From contig JABFSR010000015.1 of assembly GCA_013140495.1 (NCBI GenBank), forward strand, positions 11,210 through 75,209: a stretch of 64,000 nt of DNA. Direction: 5' to 3'. Below the pieces are notes generated by a model, which worked only from the letters and a program-made list of their open reading frames with translations, was not told the DNA's origin and searched no databases. Below are positions 8,787-17,792 of the stretch, piece by piece. Made by a program: the position numbers and the translations under genes. Each line of letters starts with the position of its first letter. The first letter of the stretch is position 1. This stretch comes from Verrucomicrobiota bacterium (lineage in GTDB: Bacteria; Verrucomicrobiota; Verrucomicrobiia; Limisphaerales; JADLHS01).

Positions 8787-9797
8787 TCATTTCCGTCCGC
8801 AAAGAAAAACACCTTCCTCTCCAGACTTGGTGATCCACTGGTCGCAAACGAGCAATCCGTGTTTCGCCAGTTCATCACGCACCAGTTCGGGCGTGTAGCG
8901 ATACGAGAAGAACAACCGCACGTTTTCCCCGGCAAGAAAGCTGACCTTGCGCCCCTCCACCACCAGTCTTCGCGTCTTGCGGAAACGGAATCGCGCCACA
9001 ATCCGCCGTAGCGAGCCAACACCACGCTCGGCTTTGAACGTCAATGCGCCGTCGCCGCCTTCGACTCCCAGATCGAGCAGAAACGTCATCAACCAGTCGC
9101 GCGTCAGTTCGTTGTCGTATTGCGGCAGAACCTTTTTCACTCCGGCCTCGTAATCGTGCCATGGTGCGAGGTTGGCGCTGAACAGCAACGAGTCGCCGCG
9201 TCGTACCAAAGCTGCGAGCTTGGGCAGGATATCGTCCGGCTCAAAATTCGGGATCATGCCGAAGAATGTGATGAGGCGCGTGGCGCGTGGCGCGTGGCCT
9301 GCCGCGCCGCAGCCCTGCGAAGGCGGGTGCGTGACCAATACTTCGGGCAGGTCTTCCGCCGTCGCCAGATCGCACACGAGCGGAAAACATTTTTCCCCGG
9401 GCGTAGCAGAGAGCGCAGCCTGTCTTGCGATCAATGTCATCGGCACGCTTACATCGGATGGCGTGTAGGAAATTCCTTTGCCGCGAGCTTTCAACAAGGC
9501 GAGCAAGCGTGTGTCTTTCTGCCCGCCACCGCAGCCCAATCCGACGAGATGCACAGACCGGCTCGTGATTGTTCTTGCAGCCGAGGCGAATGCGCGATCG
9601 TAAGTGGCTGCGCAGTCGCGGTCATTTCTTGAAGGCGAATGGGCCTGATGCAACGCCAGCCACTTGTTCGTCTGCTTGATGGAGTCGTAATGAAACTTGT
9701 GGTTTACGCGTCGCGTTCGCAACGACTCAAGCAGATCGCGCCGGACATTTTCCGGCGACTGGCTGGCGTGGATTGAAACGTTGACCAAGGACGACAT
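8787..9797 (-). CDS. EgtD-like (histidine N-alpha-methyltransferase family fold) SAM-dependent methyltransferase
   Basis: LVGLGCGGGQKD SAM-binding loop, FFGMIPNFEPDD, GDSLLFSANL, and a C-terminal GE..RLFFSYRY...GL block, colinear with EgtD-type enzymes. Substrate unknown. Confidence 0.6.
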   Translation of the reverse strand: MSSLVNVSIHASQSPENVRRDLLESLRTRRVNHKFHYDSIKQTNKWLALHQAHSPSRNDRDCAATYDRAFASAARTITSRSVHLVGLGCGGGQKDTRLLALLKARGKGISYTPSDVSVPMTLIARQAALSATPGEKCFPLVCDLATAEDLPEVLVTHPPSQGCGAAGHAPRATRLITFFGMIPNFEPDDILPKLAALVRRGDSLLFSANLAPWHDYEAGVKKVLPQYDNELTRDWLMTFLLDLGVEGGDGALTFKAERGVGSLRRIVARFRFRKTRRLVVEGRKVSFLAGENVRLFFSYRYTPELVRDELAKHGLLVCDQWITKSGEEGVFLCGRK

Positions 9798-9868
9798 GTG
9801 TTGGTTGTCGCTGAAATAGGAGAGGGAAACAAGCTCGTGATTAAGGCGATCAAGTGCGGCGTGGTGCG

Positions 9869-10798
9869 CTATTTCTCCCCGCTTGCAAGAAGGGTTTGAA
9901 AATGCGGCGGTTGCTCTTCCCGGGCAACAACGCTGATCTCGATCTTTCTGAACCCAGCCGCTTCGAGCCAGCGATGCAGATCGCTTTCGGCAAAACCAAG
10001 CCAGCGGTCGCCGTAGAGTTTTCGCGCGTCCTCGAACTTATGGGCTAGCAGGTCCAGCAACAACAATTGTCCCCGTGGTTTAAGCAGCTTGGCTGCACTG
10101 ACGAGCGCTGCCGCAGGATCCTCCGCGTGATGCAACGCCTGGCTAAGGATCACCAGATCCACGCTCGCGGGTTCAATTGGCGGTTGCTGCAAGTCGCCCT
10201 GACGGAATTCCAGATTCTTCAAGCCGTTTTTCTTCGCCTTGGCGGCGCCGAATGCGACGATTTTTTCGGAGTTGTCCACGGCGATGACTTTTTTGCAGCG
10301 TCGCGCAAGCAGTTCGCTCAACAAACCTTCGCCTGCGCCCAGGTCGGCCACGGTGATTGCCGGCAGCATTCGCAGCAGCAAGTGACCGAATGCCTGCCAC
10401 GAACGGCCTGGGCCGTACACGCGATCAAATCTCCCCGCCACCTGGTTGAAAAACACCTGCGCCTGCTCGCGGCGACGCGTGAGAATACGCTTGAGGTTGA
10501 TCTGATCGTGGGAATGATCGGAGAGTTCATGAGCGCCACGGAGGGCAAGCTGGATGAATTCGTTGGCCAATGGATCGGCTGCAGGGTTGAGTCCGTAAAA
10601 CGTGCGCTTGCCTTCCCGTCGTGATTTGACAAGGCCGCAATCCGAGAGCAGTCCGAGATGCGTCGAGATTCGCGACTGGCCCATGCGGGTGATTTCCTGG
10701 AGTTCATTGACGGAAAGTTCGTCACGTTCGAGCAGCGCCATGATGCGCAGGCGCGTGGCGTCTGACAGCGCGCGGAGGGACTTAAGAGTGGGTGACAT
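9869..10798 (-). CDS. ArsR-family HTH regulator fused to a class I SAM-dependent methyltransferase
   Basis: ATRLRIMALLERDELSVNELQEITRMGQSRISTHLGLL (ArsR wHTH) followed by VADLGAGEGLLSELLARRCKKVIAVDNS (MTase motif I). Confidence 0.85.
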   Translation of the reverse strand: MSPTLKSLRALSDATRLRIMALLERDELSVNELQEITRMGQSRISTHLGLLSDCGLVKSRREGKRTFYGLNPAADPLANEFIQLALRGAHELSDHSHDQINLKRILTRRREQAQVFFNQVAGRFDRVYGPGRSWQAFGHLLLRMLPAITVADLGAGEGLLSELLARRCKKVIAVDNSEKIVAFGAAKAKKNGLKNLEFRQGDLQQPPIEPASVDLVILSQALHHAEDPAAALVSAAKLLKPRGQLLLLDLLAHKFEDARKLYGDRWLGFAESDLHRWLEAAGFRKIEISVVAREEQPPHFQTLLASGEK

Positions 10799-11029
10799 AT
10801 TGATTATTGCCGCACCAGTAATGTTGCGGCCTTCTGTCGTTGATGATTGTCAGAATCGTCCCGAACCTACAAGTCTGCGGAATCGTTGTGGAAAAGTGAG
10901 GATTGTGAGGGCGGTGCAGCACTTTCATCAAATGGCGCAAATGTTTTTCGAGTTTTTCCTTGGCAAGAAAAGATGACGCGCCTACAACAGTGATGCTCTT
11001 TGAAAGCGGCGGATTGTTTTCCGCCAATT

Positions 11030-11190
11030 TAGTTGCAGTCAAATGCAGGGAACGCCGTGAGAACCGGCGACGGTTGCGCCACTGTATCGGATTACGAACT
11101 CCCACGAGCCACTGTCTGGGCCGCACAACGGAGCGGACGGGAAGGCGGGAGCGAGGATTGAAATCCGGAGTCAGGATATCGGTTTGATTG
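11030..11190 (+). promoter_or_regulatory. Cobalamin (B12) riboswitch aptamer
   Basis: Ordered consensus blocks: AGGGAACGCCGTGAGAACCGGCG (11047-11069), GCGCCACTGT (11076-11085), GAGCCACTG (11106-11114), GGGAAGGCGGG (11139-11149) and the B12-box-like GGAGTCAGGATATCGG (11167-11182). Confidence 0.7.
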
Positions 11191-11409
11191 CGCTCGTCCG
11201 TCCGCTCCCCCGTGGGGGCGGGCACTTCTCCGCAATGAGAAGGATGAGGCCAGCCTGCCGGACTGTTTCCGGCGGGATTCGTTGATGCCTTCATTTTCCG
11301 TCTTGCGGAGCCTGAAGGCGTTTTGCTTTCAGGCTTCGCGCTGGTCTCTCTGAAACAAACCCGTCCCGTCCCGCGCACTGCGGAACGGGGCAAAAAGAAA
11401 GATCAGTTC

Positions 11410-12231
11410 ATGCAAAAGTCGTTGTTCGTATCGCTGGCACTCGCCAGCGCATTGTTGGTTTCCCGTTCCGCTTCCGCGCAATTTGCGGATGCCGTTGTCT
11501 CCTACACATCGGGCACCGGTTTTCAACCCGGATTCAATTCGCCCGCCTCTGCTCTGGGTGAACCTTCCCGCGTCACGGTTGATCTTTTCGGCGGACCCGT
11601 TGATCCGTTCAACTCGGCCTACCTGAACAGTCAGCTCGTGTCCCTCGGCAGCGGCGGGTCGCTGACGGTCCGGTTTAATTCGCCAATCGTTAACGACCCC
11701 GGCCATGCGTTCGGTGTGGACTTCAACATTTATGGCAACGCGGGGTTTGTCATCACCAACGAGTTTGATCTAAACACGTTTACCTGGGTTGGGACGCCGA
11801 GGGCGGGTGGAGCGTTGTACGGAGCGGACAGCACAGCCACGCGTGTTTCGGTGAGTGCGGACGGCATCACGTTCTACGCGCTGAATCCGCTGCTCGCACC
11901 GACCGTGGACAATCTTTTTCCCACAGACGGCATGGGCAACTTCGCTGCACCGGTCAATCCGTCGCTCAACGCATCCTCGTTCGCAGGACAGGACCTTGCG
12001 GGCATCCGATCCCTCTACAATGGTTCAGGTGGCGGAGCTGGATTTGACATCTCATGGGCACAGGACGGACTGGGGCAGAGTGTTTCTCTTGGAAGCATCA
12101 GTTATGTGCGCGTGGAAGTCTTCACTGGAAACGCAGAGATAGACGGATTCGCACTCGTGCCGGAGCCGGCATCAACTTCACTGCTGTTGACCGGCCTGAC
12201 GGTCATGGCGTTTGCACGACGCCGGAAATAG
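11410..12231 (+). CDS. PEP-CTERM-anchored secreted protein of unknown function
   Basis: Signal peptide MQKSLFVSLALASALLVSRSASAQ. C-terminal VPEPASTSLLLTGLTVMAFARRRK (PEP-CTERM sorting signal). Confidence 0.8.
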   Translation: MQKSLFVSLALASALLVSRSASAQFADAVVSYTSGTGFQPGFNSPASALGEPSRVTVDLFGGPVDPFNSAYLNSQLVSLGSGGSLTVRFNSPIVNDPGHAFGVDFNIYGNAGFVITNEFDLNTFTWVGTPRAGGALYGADSTATRVSVSADGITFYALNPLLAPTVDNLFPTDGMGNFAAPVNPSLNASSFAGQDLAGIRSLYNGSGGGAGFDISWAQDGLGQSVSLGSISYVRVEVFTGNAEIDGFALVPEPASTSLLLTGLTVMAFARRRK

Positions 12232-12267
12232 CTCCAGACCGCAAATCCACTTCGCCCGCTACATCCC

Positions 12268-12699
12268 ATGGCAAGCGCCACCAAGACAATTATTCCACCG
12301 CCAGCGGGCAGCGAAAGCGGGCGCTGCCCGTTGTGCGGCGGAGCGAATGATTGCCAGCTTTGCACAACCTCAGCCTGCAAAGGCGCGTGTTGGTGTGCGT
12401 CTGTGTATTTCCCGGCAGAGCTTCTCGCACTTGTTCCGGAGGCCGCGAGGCATCGGTCCTGCATCTGCCGAAGTTGCGTGGAATCGTTCCACACACAACG
12501 ATTGCGGACGGGGGATCAGTCCCCGAAGTCGGGCGATTATTACTTTGAGCCGGATGGATTGATGGTGTTTACAGCGGCGTACCATCTGCGTCGCGGCTGC
12601 TGCTGCGAGAATGATTGCCGGCATTGCCCGTATCACATCCAACCCGCCAGCACCCGGGCCGGTGAATGCCACAAAGAGGCGAAAACAAATGAGGCCTGA
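12268..12699 (+). CDS. Cysteine-rich CWC-type protein fused to a DUF5522-like CCC..CRHCPY module
   Basis: CPLCGGANDCQLC...CWC...CICRSC, then YYFEPDGLMVFTAAYHLRRGCCCENDCRHCPY. Confidence 0.7.
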   Translation: MASATKTIIPPPAGSESGRCPLCGGANDCQLCTTSACKGACWCASVYFPAELLALVPEAARHRSCICRSCVESFHTQRLRTGDQSPKSGDYYFEPDGLMVFTAAYHLRRGCCCENDCRHCPYHIQPASTRAGECHKEAKTNEA

Positions 12700-13678
12700 G
12701 AAGATCAATGGCGCTCAAATCATCACGCTGCTCATCATGTTGTCCGTCGTGCCTGTCCGTGCCGTCACGATCACCGAGGACTTCGCGAGCAATCCCAATG
12801 CGAATGGTTGGCGGATTTTTGGTAACCCGAATCTCTTTCACTGGGACAGCACAAACGAGAACCTGCGCGTGACCTGGGATTCATCAAAGACCAACAGTTA
12901 CTTTTATCTGCCGCTCGGCACCATCCTCTCCCGCGATGATGATTTTGAATTGAGCTTCGATCTCACGTTTGACGACTACGCAAGCGGCGCCACATCCAAC
13001 AAACCATTCGCCGCAGCGGCAGCCATTGGATTTCTTGATCTCGATCAGGCCACGCTTACAAACTTTTCACGCGGTGCCGGCGTCAATGCAACTTACGGTC
13101 CGCGCAATCTTTTCGAGTTTGATTTTTTTCCGCCGTTCGCGTCGTTCCTGCCAACCATTGCGCAGACCATCGTCTCCACCAACAACGCGTGGCTCTACAA
13201 TCATGACAATCTTGCCGAAATGACGCCGGGAGCAACATTCCGGGTGGCGATGACGTATGACGGCGCGACTCGCACTCTTCTCACAACTGTCACCAACAAT
13301 TCCGGGCAGTACGGTGACACTCAAACGATCATTGTGCCGACGAATTTCGATTTTCGCGTGGCGACGTTTTCCATCAGCAGTTACAGCGACGTGCGTGACA
13401 TCGGCTCGATCCTCGCACACGGAACAGTGGACAACATCACGATCACCACGCCTCCTCCACCGGTTGAAAACTTTTCCGGCGCGTTCAATGGCGATGTGTG
13501 GCAGGCGCAGTTCATGAGTCGCAGCAACTGGGTTTACAGCCTGGAGCGGACGGCGAATTTCGATTTGTGGGCGGCGGCAACCGGTTCAATGACGGGAAAC
13601 GGAGGCATGTTGATCCTGCAAGACACGAATCCGCCGACGGGCATGGCGTGCTATCGAGTGAGGGCAAACCGACCGTGA
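12689..13678 (+). CDS. Secreted protein, concanavalin/LamG-like composition, unknown function
   Basis: Start overlaps the upstream gene by 11 nt. N-terminal hydrophobic signal ([15 protein letters not shown]) and beta-rich sequence. Confidence 0.65.
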   Translation: MRPEKINGAQIITLLIMLSVVPVRAVTITEDFASNPNANGWRIFGNPNLFHWDSTNENLRVTWDSSKTNSYFYLPLGTILSRDDDFELSFDLTFDDYASGATSNKPFAAAAAIGFLDLDQATLTNFSRGAGVNATYGPRNLFEFDFFPPFASFLPTIAQTIVSTNNAWLYNHDNLAEMTPGATFRVAMTYDGATRTLLTTVTNNSGQYGDTQTIIVPTNFDFRVATFSISSYSDVRDIGSILAHGTVDNITITTPPPPVENFSGAFNGDVWQAQFMSRSNWVYSLERTANFDLWAAATGSMTGNGGMLILQDTNPPTGMACYRVRANRP

Positions 13679-14502
13679 ATGTACGATCTGCGATTTATGA
13701 TTTACGGTCGAGTGGCAGCAGGGGCGATCATTCTGTTCACGCACCACGCACCACGCACCACGCCTCCGGCTTCACACTCATTGAACTTCTCGTCGTCATC
13801 GCCATCATCGCAATCCTTGCCGCGATGCTCCTGCCGGCGTTGGTGCGCGGTAAAAGCTCGGCGCAACGGATTCATTGTACCAGCAACCTTCATCAACTCG
13901 GTCTTGCCACCCAGATGTACTGGAACGACAACGGCGGGGTTTGTTTCTACGCAATTCCCTCGAACACAAACGGCGGCCAGCTCTGGTGGTTTGGCTGGTT
14001 GCAATCACCGCAACCGGGCATAGGAGAAGGTCAGCGGGCGTTCGATCTGTCCGCTGGTGTGCTTTACCCATATCTCCGGGGCAGCGATGCGCGGCTTTGC
14101 CCGTCGTTGAACTATACGTCGCCGCAATTCAAACTGAAGGCCACCAATGTCGTCTTCAGTTACGGCTACAACAAAAACCTCTCGCCCATCACCCAGAAAC
14201 AGCCACCAATCAAGGTTTCCGCCATAGTACACCCCGCCGAAGCACTGCTGCTGGCCGACGCCGCACAGGTAAACGATTTCCAATCGCCTGCCTCGCCTGA
14301 AAATCCGATGCTCGAGGAATTTTATTATCTGGATGATTCGGCGAGTTATCCGAATGGTCATTTCCGCCACAACCGGAATGCCAATACAACGTTCTGTGAC
14401 GGCCATGTTGCTGTGGAAAAATTTGTGCCCGGTTCGATTGACCTGAAACTCCCGGGCCAGCTTGTGGCGAGGTTCAGGCCGGAAATCCTTTCAGTTCCAT
14501 GA
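13675..14502 (+). CDS. Prepilin-type N-terminal methylation-domain protein with H-X9-DG motif (pseudopilin-like, DUF1559 type)
   Basis: [25 protein letters not shown] and [14 protein letters not shown] (exact H-X9-DG). There is no in-frame ATG. GTG 13675 overlaps the upstream stop (GTGA), giving a 30-aa leader. Confidence 0.7.
   Translation: MNVRSAIYDLRSSGSRGDHSVHAPRTTHHASGFTLIELLVVIAIIAILAAMLLPALVRGKSSAQRIHCTSNLHQLGLATQMYWNDNGGVCFYAIPSNTNGGQLWWFGWLQSPQPGIGEGQRAFDLSAGVLYPYLRGSDARLCPSLNYTSPQFKLKATNVVFSYGYNKNLSPITQKQPPIKVSAIVHPAEALLLADAAQVNDFQSPASPENPMLEEFYYLDDSASYPNGHFRHNRNANTTFCDGHVAVEKFVPGSIDLKLPGQLVARFRPEILSVP
13738..13763 (+). repeat. Heptanucleotide tandem repeat (CACGCAC) x3.7 inside the prepilin leader coding region
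   Basis: CACGCAC CACGCAC CACGCAC CACGC, read directly from the sequence. Confidence 0.9.
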
Positions 14503-14593
14503 GGGACGAAGACCGATCTTGGACTGAGAGCTCAAAAACCCAAAGAAACCTCGGTATTCCGGCGCGTAAGAGTGGATTTATTCGAGAATCAAG

Positions 14594-14621
14594 TTGACAG
14601 GAAGGCGCGGCAAAATAGGAT
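14594..14621 (+). promoter_or_regulatory. Sigma70-like promoter for the second pseudopilin gene
   Basis: TTGACA (14594-14599), 16-nt spacer, TAGGAT (14616-14621), about 40 nt upstream of ATG 14659. Confidence 0.35.
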
Positions 14622-14658
14622 GGAATAAGATAGTATCAATCACCAGCAAAGGCCAAGT

Positions 14659-15426
14659 ATGAGAAGTACGAGAACAACACCACAACACGCTCCAGGTTTT
14701 ACATTGATCGAGCTACTGGTGGTCATTGCGATCATCGCGATTCTGGCCGCCATGCTTCTGCCGGCATTGTCCAAGGCCAAGGATAAGGCACAGCGGATAC
14801 GATGCCTCGCCAACGTCAAGCAACTCCAGACGGGCTGCATCATGTATTCGGATGACAACTCCGACTTTATGCCACCAAACAACTCCGGTGGAGTCTTTGG
14901 TGTGCCTGGAATGGAAGCATGGATATATGGAAACGTGCAGACGGACAAAGACACAAAAGGCATCAAACAAGGGGTGCTGTACAAGTATAATCCGAACGAT
15001 GGCATCTACGTGTGTCCCACGGACAGATGGATGGTCCGAGCTGCAGGCGGGTTGCCAGCGACTCCGACAACCCGAAGTTATTCGATGAGCAGTTCCATGC
15101 CTCCCCCAACCAAGAAATATTCAAGCATCATAGATCCCAAGCCGGTCAAAGCCTTTATTTTTGTGGAGGAGCAGGAGAACAGGACGGCAACGGATAATTT
15201 TATCAACGATGGCAACGTCGGGTTGCGTGTCTATCCTTCAACAGAATGGGGTGATTTGCCGGCACAAAGACATGCTGGAGCGGTTTTCTCCTTTGCAGAC
15301 GGTCACGTCGAGTTTTGGAAATGGAAATCCCCAATAAGACTCCAACGTGGCCGCCCTGCGCTTCCGAATGAAAAGGCCGATCTTCTGAGAATTCAGACAG
15401 GTCTTCCTGGTTTTGTGGAAAAATGA
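14659..15426 (+). CDS. Prepilin-type N-terminal methylation-domain protein, H-X(8-9)-DG family paralogue
   Basis: [37 protein letters not shown], plus [19 protein letters not shown]. Confidence 0.85.
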   Translation: MRSTRTTPQHAPGFTLIELLVVIAIIAILAAMLLPALSKAKDKAQRIRCLANVKQLQTGCIMYSDDNSDFMPPNNSGGVFGVPGMEAWIYGNVQTDKDTKGIKQGVLYKYNPNDGIYVCPTDRWMVRAAGGLPATPTTRSYSMSSSMPPPTKKYSSIIDPKPVKAFIFVEEQENRTATDNFINDGNVGLRVYPSTEWGDLPAQRHAGAVFSFADGHVEFWKWKSPIRLQRGRPALPNEKADLLRIQTGLPGFVEK

Positions 15427-15503
15427 TGCGGCATTCACAATCTCAATCCGCCAAACGCAGAGAGTGGCAAATGTAATATGGAAGTGTAATCGAAATATTC
15501 TCA

Positions 15504-16166
15504 ATGACTCTTTCCACCACCGTCGCCAACCGAATTCACGCTGACATTCTCTCATCCAAACTGGCGGAGGGGGATTTGTTCATGACCAGCGACCAGATCG
15601 AGAAGCGGTATGAGGTATCGCGAACGGTGGCCCGCGAAGCCGTAAGCCAGTTGCAGGCGCTCGGTGTGGTAACCAGCCGCAGGCGCAAGGGCGTCTTGGT
15701 TGCACAGCCCGACCCTGTAAAACTTTCAGCCCGGTGGGTACCGATGTTTGGTCGCGTGGCCGGAGCAAAAGGATTTCATTTGCTGGCCCAGTGGCGATAC
15801 GTCATCGAACTGGGTGCGGTAGATCTGGCCATGACCCACGCAACAGATGGCCAAGTCCGGCGACTGGTGGTGCTGGCTGATGAATTTGATGCGGTGGCAG
15901 CCCAACATGGTCACAATGCAGAGGCAGACCGGATTGACATGGCATTCCATGGAGTCATTCTCGAGATGACTGGCAATCCCCTTATCGCAGGAATGCACCA
16001 GGTCTTGGCTGATTACTTTCAGTTTTCGGCTATCTACAATCATCCACCTCACGCCCGCAAGGCAATCCGTGAACATCATACGATTGCCGAGGCATTTCAG
16101 CGGCGCGATCTGGAAACTGTCCGGAGCATCTTGCGCTCACATCTGCTGCCAAGCACTGCGGACTGA
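15504..16166 (+). CDS. GntR-family transcriptional regulator (FadR/FCD subfamily)
   Basis: EKRYEVSRTVAREAVSQLQALGVVTSRRRKGVLV wHTH plus a helical FCD-like C-terminal domain. Confidence 0.85.
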   Translation: MTLSTTVANRIHADILSSKLAEGDLFMTSDQIEKRYEVSRTVAREAVSQLQALGVVTSRRRKGVLVAQPDPVKLSARWVPMFGRVAGAKGFHLLAQWRYVIELGAVDLAMTHATDGQVRRLVVLADEFDAVAAQHGHNAEADRIDMAFHGVILEMTGNPLIAGMHQVLADYFQFSAIYNHPPHARKAIREHHTIAEAFQRRDLETVRSILRSHLLPSTAD

Positions 16167-16256
16167 AAGCTGGCCAGCATCCCACATGTCCTTGATGCAA
16201 GGCGCAGGCATCCTGGCAAGTGATTCGTTTCGAGCGCACTTCCACGGCACCCTGAC

Positions 16257-16760
16257 TCAATGCCTCACAACCTGCCCTTCCTCCAGAGTCCAATCATTTC
16301 TCCCATCGGGATGACAATGACAATGCGCGGCGAAGAACCCGCCGCGATGCCGCCAGAACCACGGCCAGATTTTTTCGCTGTCGGTCTGCGGCAGTTTCAG
16401 TTCGTCCAATGCCTGGCGCGTGAAGAAATGAAATCTGCCTTCCTTATGAACAGCCGGAAGCGATTTCAGCTTCGGCTTCACCTCAAACAAAAACATCAGC
16501 CAGTGCGTGCGGCCCTGGTAGCCGTGTTCGCTGACAAGACCGGTCAGATGCAGATCATGCGGGGCGAGCTTCAAACCCGTTTCTTCATGCGCCTCGCGGC
16601 AGGCGCAGGCGTAGGGCGACTCGCCTTCGTCCGTGTGCAGCTTCCCGCCACAGGGACTCCACAAACCGCGATTCGGCTCCTGTGCGCGTTCAAGCAGGAG
16701 GATTTCGTCGTGCTCGTTGAAGCAGTAGAGCAGCGTGGCGACTTTGTAGGGCAAAACCAT
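16257..16760 (-). CDS. NUDIX hydrolase
   Basis: Nudix box GGKLHTDEGESPYACACREAHEETGL. Confidence 0.85.
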   Translation of the reverse strand: MVLPYKVATLLYCFNEHDEILLLERAQEPNRGLWSPCGGKLHTDEGESPYACACREAHEETGLKLAPHDLHLTGLVSEHGYQGRTHWLMFLFEVKPKLKSLPAVHKEGRFHFFTRQALDELKLPQTDSEKIWPWFWRHRGGFFAAHCHCHPDGRNDWTLEEGQVVRH

Positions 16761-16932
16761 GGCCGTGAATTAACCATGAATCGAACGGAGTATTAAGCTC
16801 CAAATTTCAAACGGTGACACCCGGCCATTTCAGGCAATGCCCCGCCAATTGTTTTCCGCCTCCCCGCGCTCAACGTACCGGGAATCTTTTGCGCGAACGC
16901 GCGCCTCCGTTTACAATCGGGCGGGTAAAGAA

Positions 16933-17310
16933 ATGATCCCGCTCGACAAACTCAACAGCATGTTCCGCGCGCCGCAACTGACGCGCACACGGATCATGCT
17001 CGCCCTGCTCGTCGCGCTGGTGGCGGATGGATTGCAGATTCCGTTTCAGTTGGTGCCGATGGCACCCGAGATCATTGACGTGATCGCCATGCTACTGACG
17101 GTTTGGTTGTTGGGGTTTCACCTGTTGTTGCTGCCGACGTTTGTCGTGGAATTCATCCCGCTCGTGGACATGCTGCCGACGTGGACCGGGTGTGTGATCG
17201 CAGTAATTGCTCTAAGGAAACGCGCACAACACAATACTCCTCCTCCGCCAGTAATCAACCTGCCGCCTGAAGCCGATCAAAAGAACCTTCCGCCACCGGC
17301 GCAACAGTGA
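16933..17310 (+). CDS. Small integral membrane protein, unknown function
   Basis: Three predicted TM helices and a Pro-rich tail. ATG at 16933. Confidence 0.5.
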   Translation: MIPLDKLNSMFRAPQLTRTRIMLALLVALVADGLQIPFQLVPMAPEIIDVIAMLLTVWLLGFHLLLLPTFVVEFIPLVDMLPTWTGCVIAVIALRKRAQHNTPPPPVINLPPEADQKNLPPPAQQ

Positions 17311-17317
17311 CCACCAG

Positions 17318-17722
17318 TCAGGGCTGGCTGGTGATTTTCTGCCAGTCGCCGCCCTGCGTGCCGGCGTAAACCGCGAACGCCTTTTCGTTCTGGATCAGGA
17401 CTGCGCGCACCACGCTTGAGTTGTCCGCATAGCCGAGACTCAGGACGGTGTCCGGGATTATGCCTCCTTTTTTGTGCGCATACACCAGAGCGAAGATTGC
17501 CTGTGAGAAGGCGGAATAGGGGAGTTCCTTGTAGGCGCCTTCGAGCACGTCTTCGGCGGCGTCCGCAAGAAATTCCAGTTGATCCACAAGATGCGGAAAC
17601 AGGGGCGCGTGGATCTGAGTGAACTCCAGTTTCCATTGCGGCAACTGGCGCAACACTTTTTCGGCAACAGCGGGCGTGATGGCGGCGGCGCCATTGTTCA
17701 CGAATTTTACAATCTCAGACAT
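17318..17722 (-). CDS. Hypothetical protein, DUF1232-like motif
   Basis: GGIIPDTVLSLGYADNSSVV resembles the DUF1232 IPDxIPxxGYxDD motif. Confidence 0.45.
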   Translation of the reverse strand: MSEIVKFVNNGAAAITPAVAEKVLRQLPQWKLEFTQIHAPLFPHLVDQLEFLADAAEDVLEGAYKELPYSAFSQAIFALVYAHKKGGIIPDTVLSLGYADNSSVVRAVLIQNEKAFAVYAGTQGGDWQKITSQP

Positions 17723-17792
17723 GTTGGAATCCTATGCGAAGCCGCGCCGATGCAAAAGTGAAATCCTTGCGTCACGCCAAAGACCTCCTACG

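Noticed and set aside
10782-11393. 203-aa minus-strand ORF spanning the arsR-MTase/PEP-CTERM intergenic region
   Set aside because: Low-complexity, Arg/Pro-rich, with no motifs. The region is better explained by the plus-strand cobalamin riboswitch and its expression platform.
13679-14023. ATG-initiated 114-aa ORF overlapping the pseudopilin gene start
   Set aside because: It is out of frame with the GFTLIELL and H-X9-DG motifs and Ser/Pro-rich after the repeat. It is kept only as a possible alternative start after repeat slippage (see the finding at 13738).
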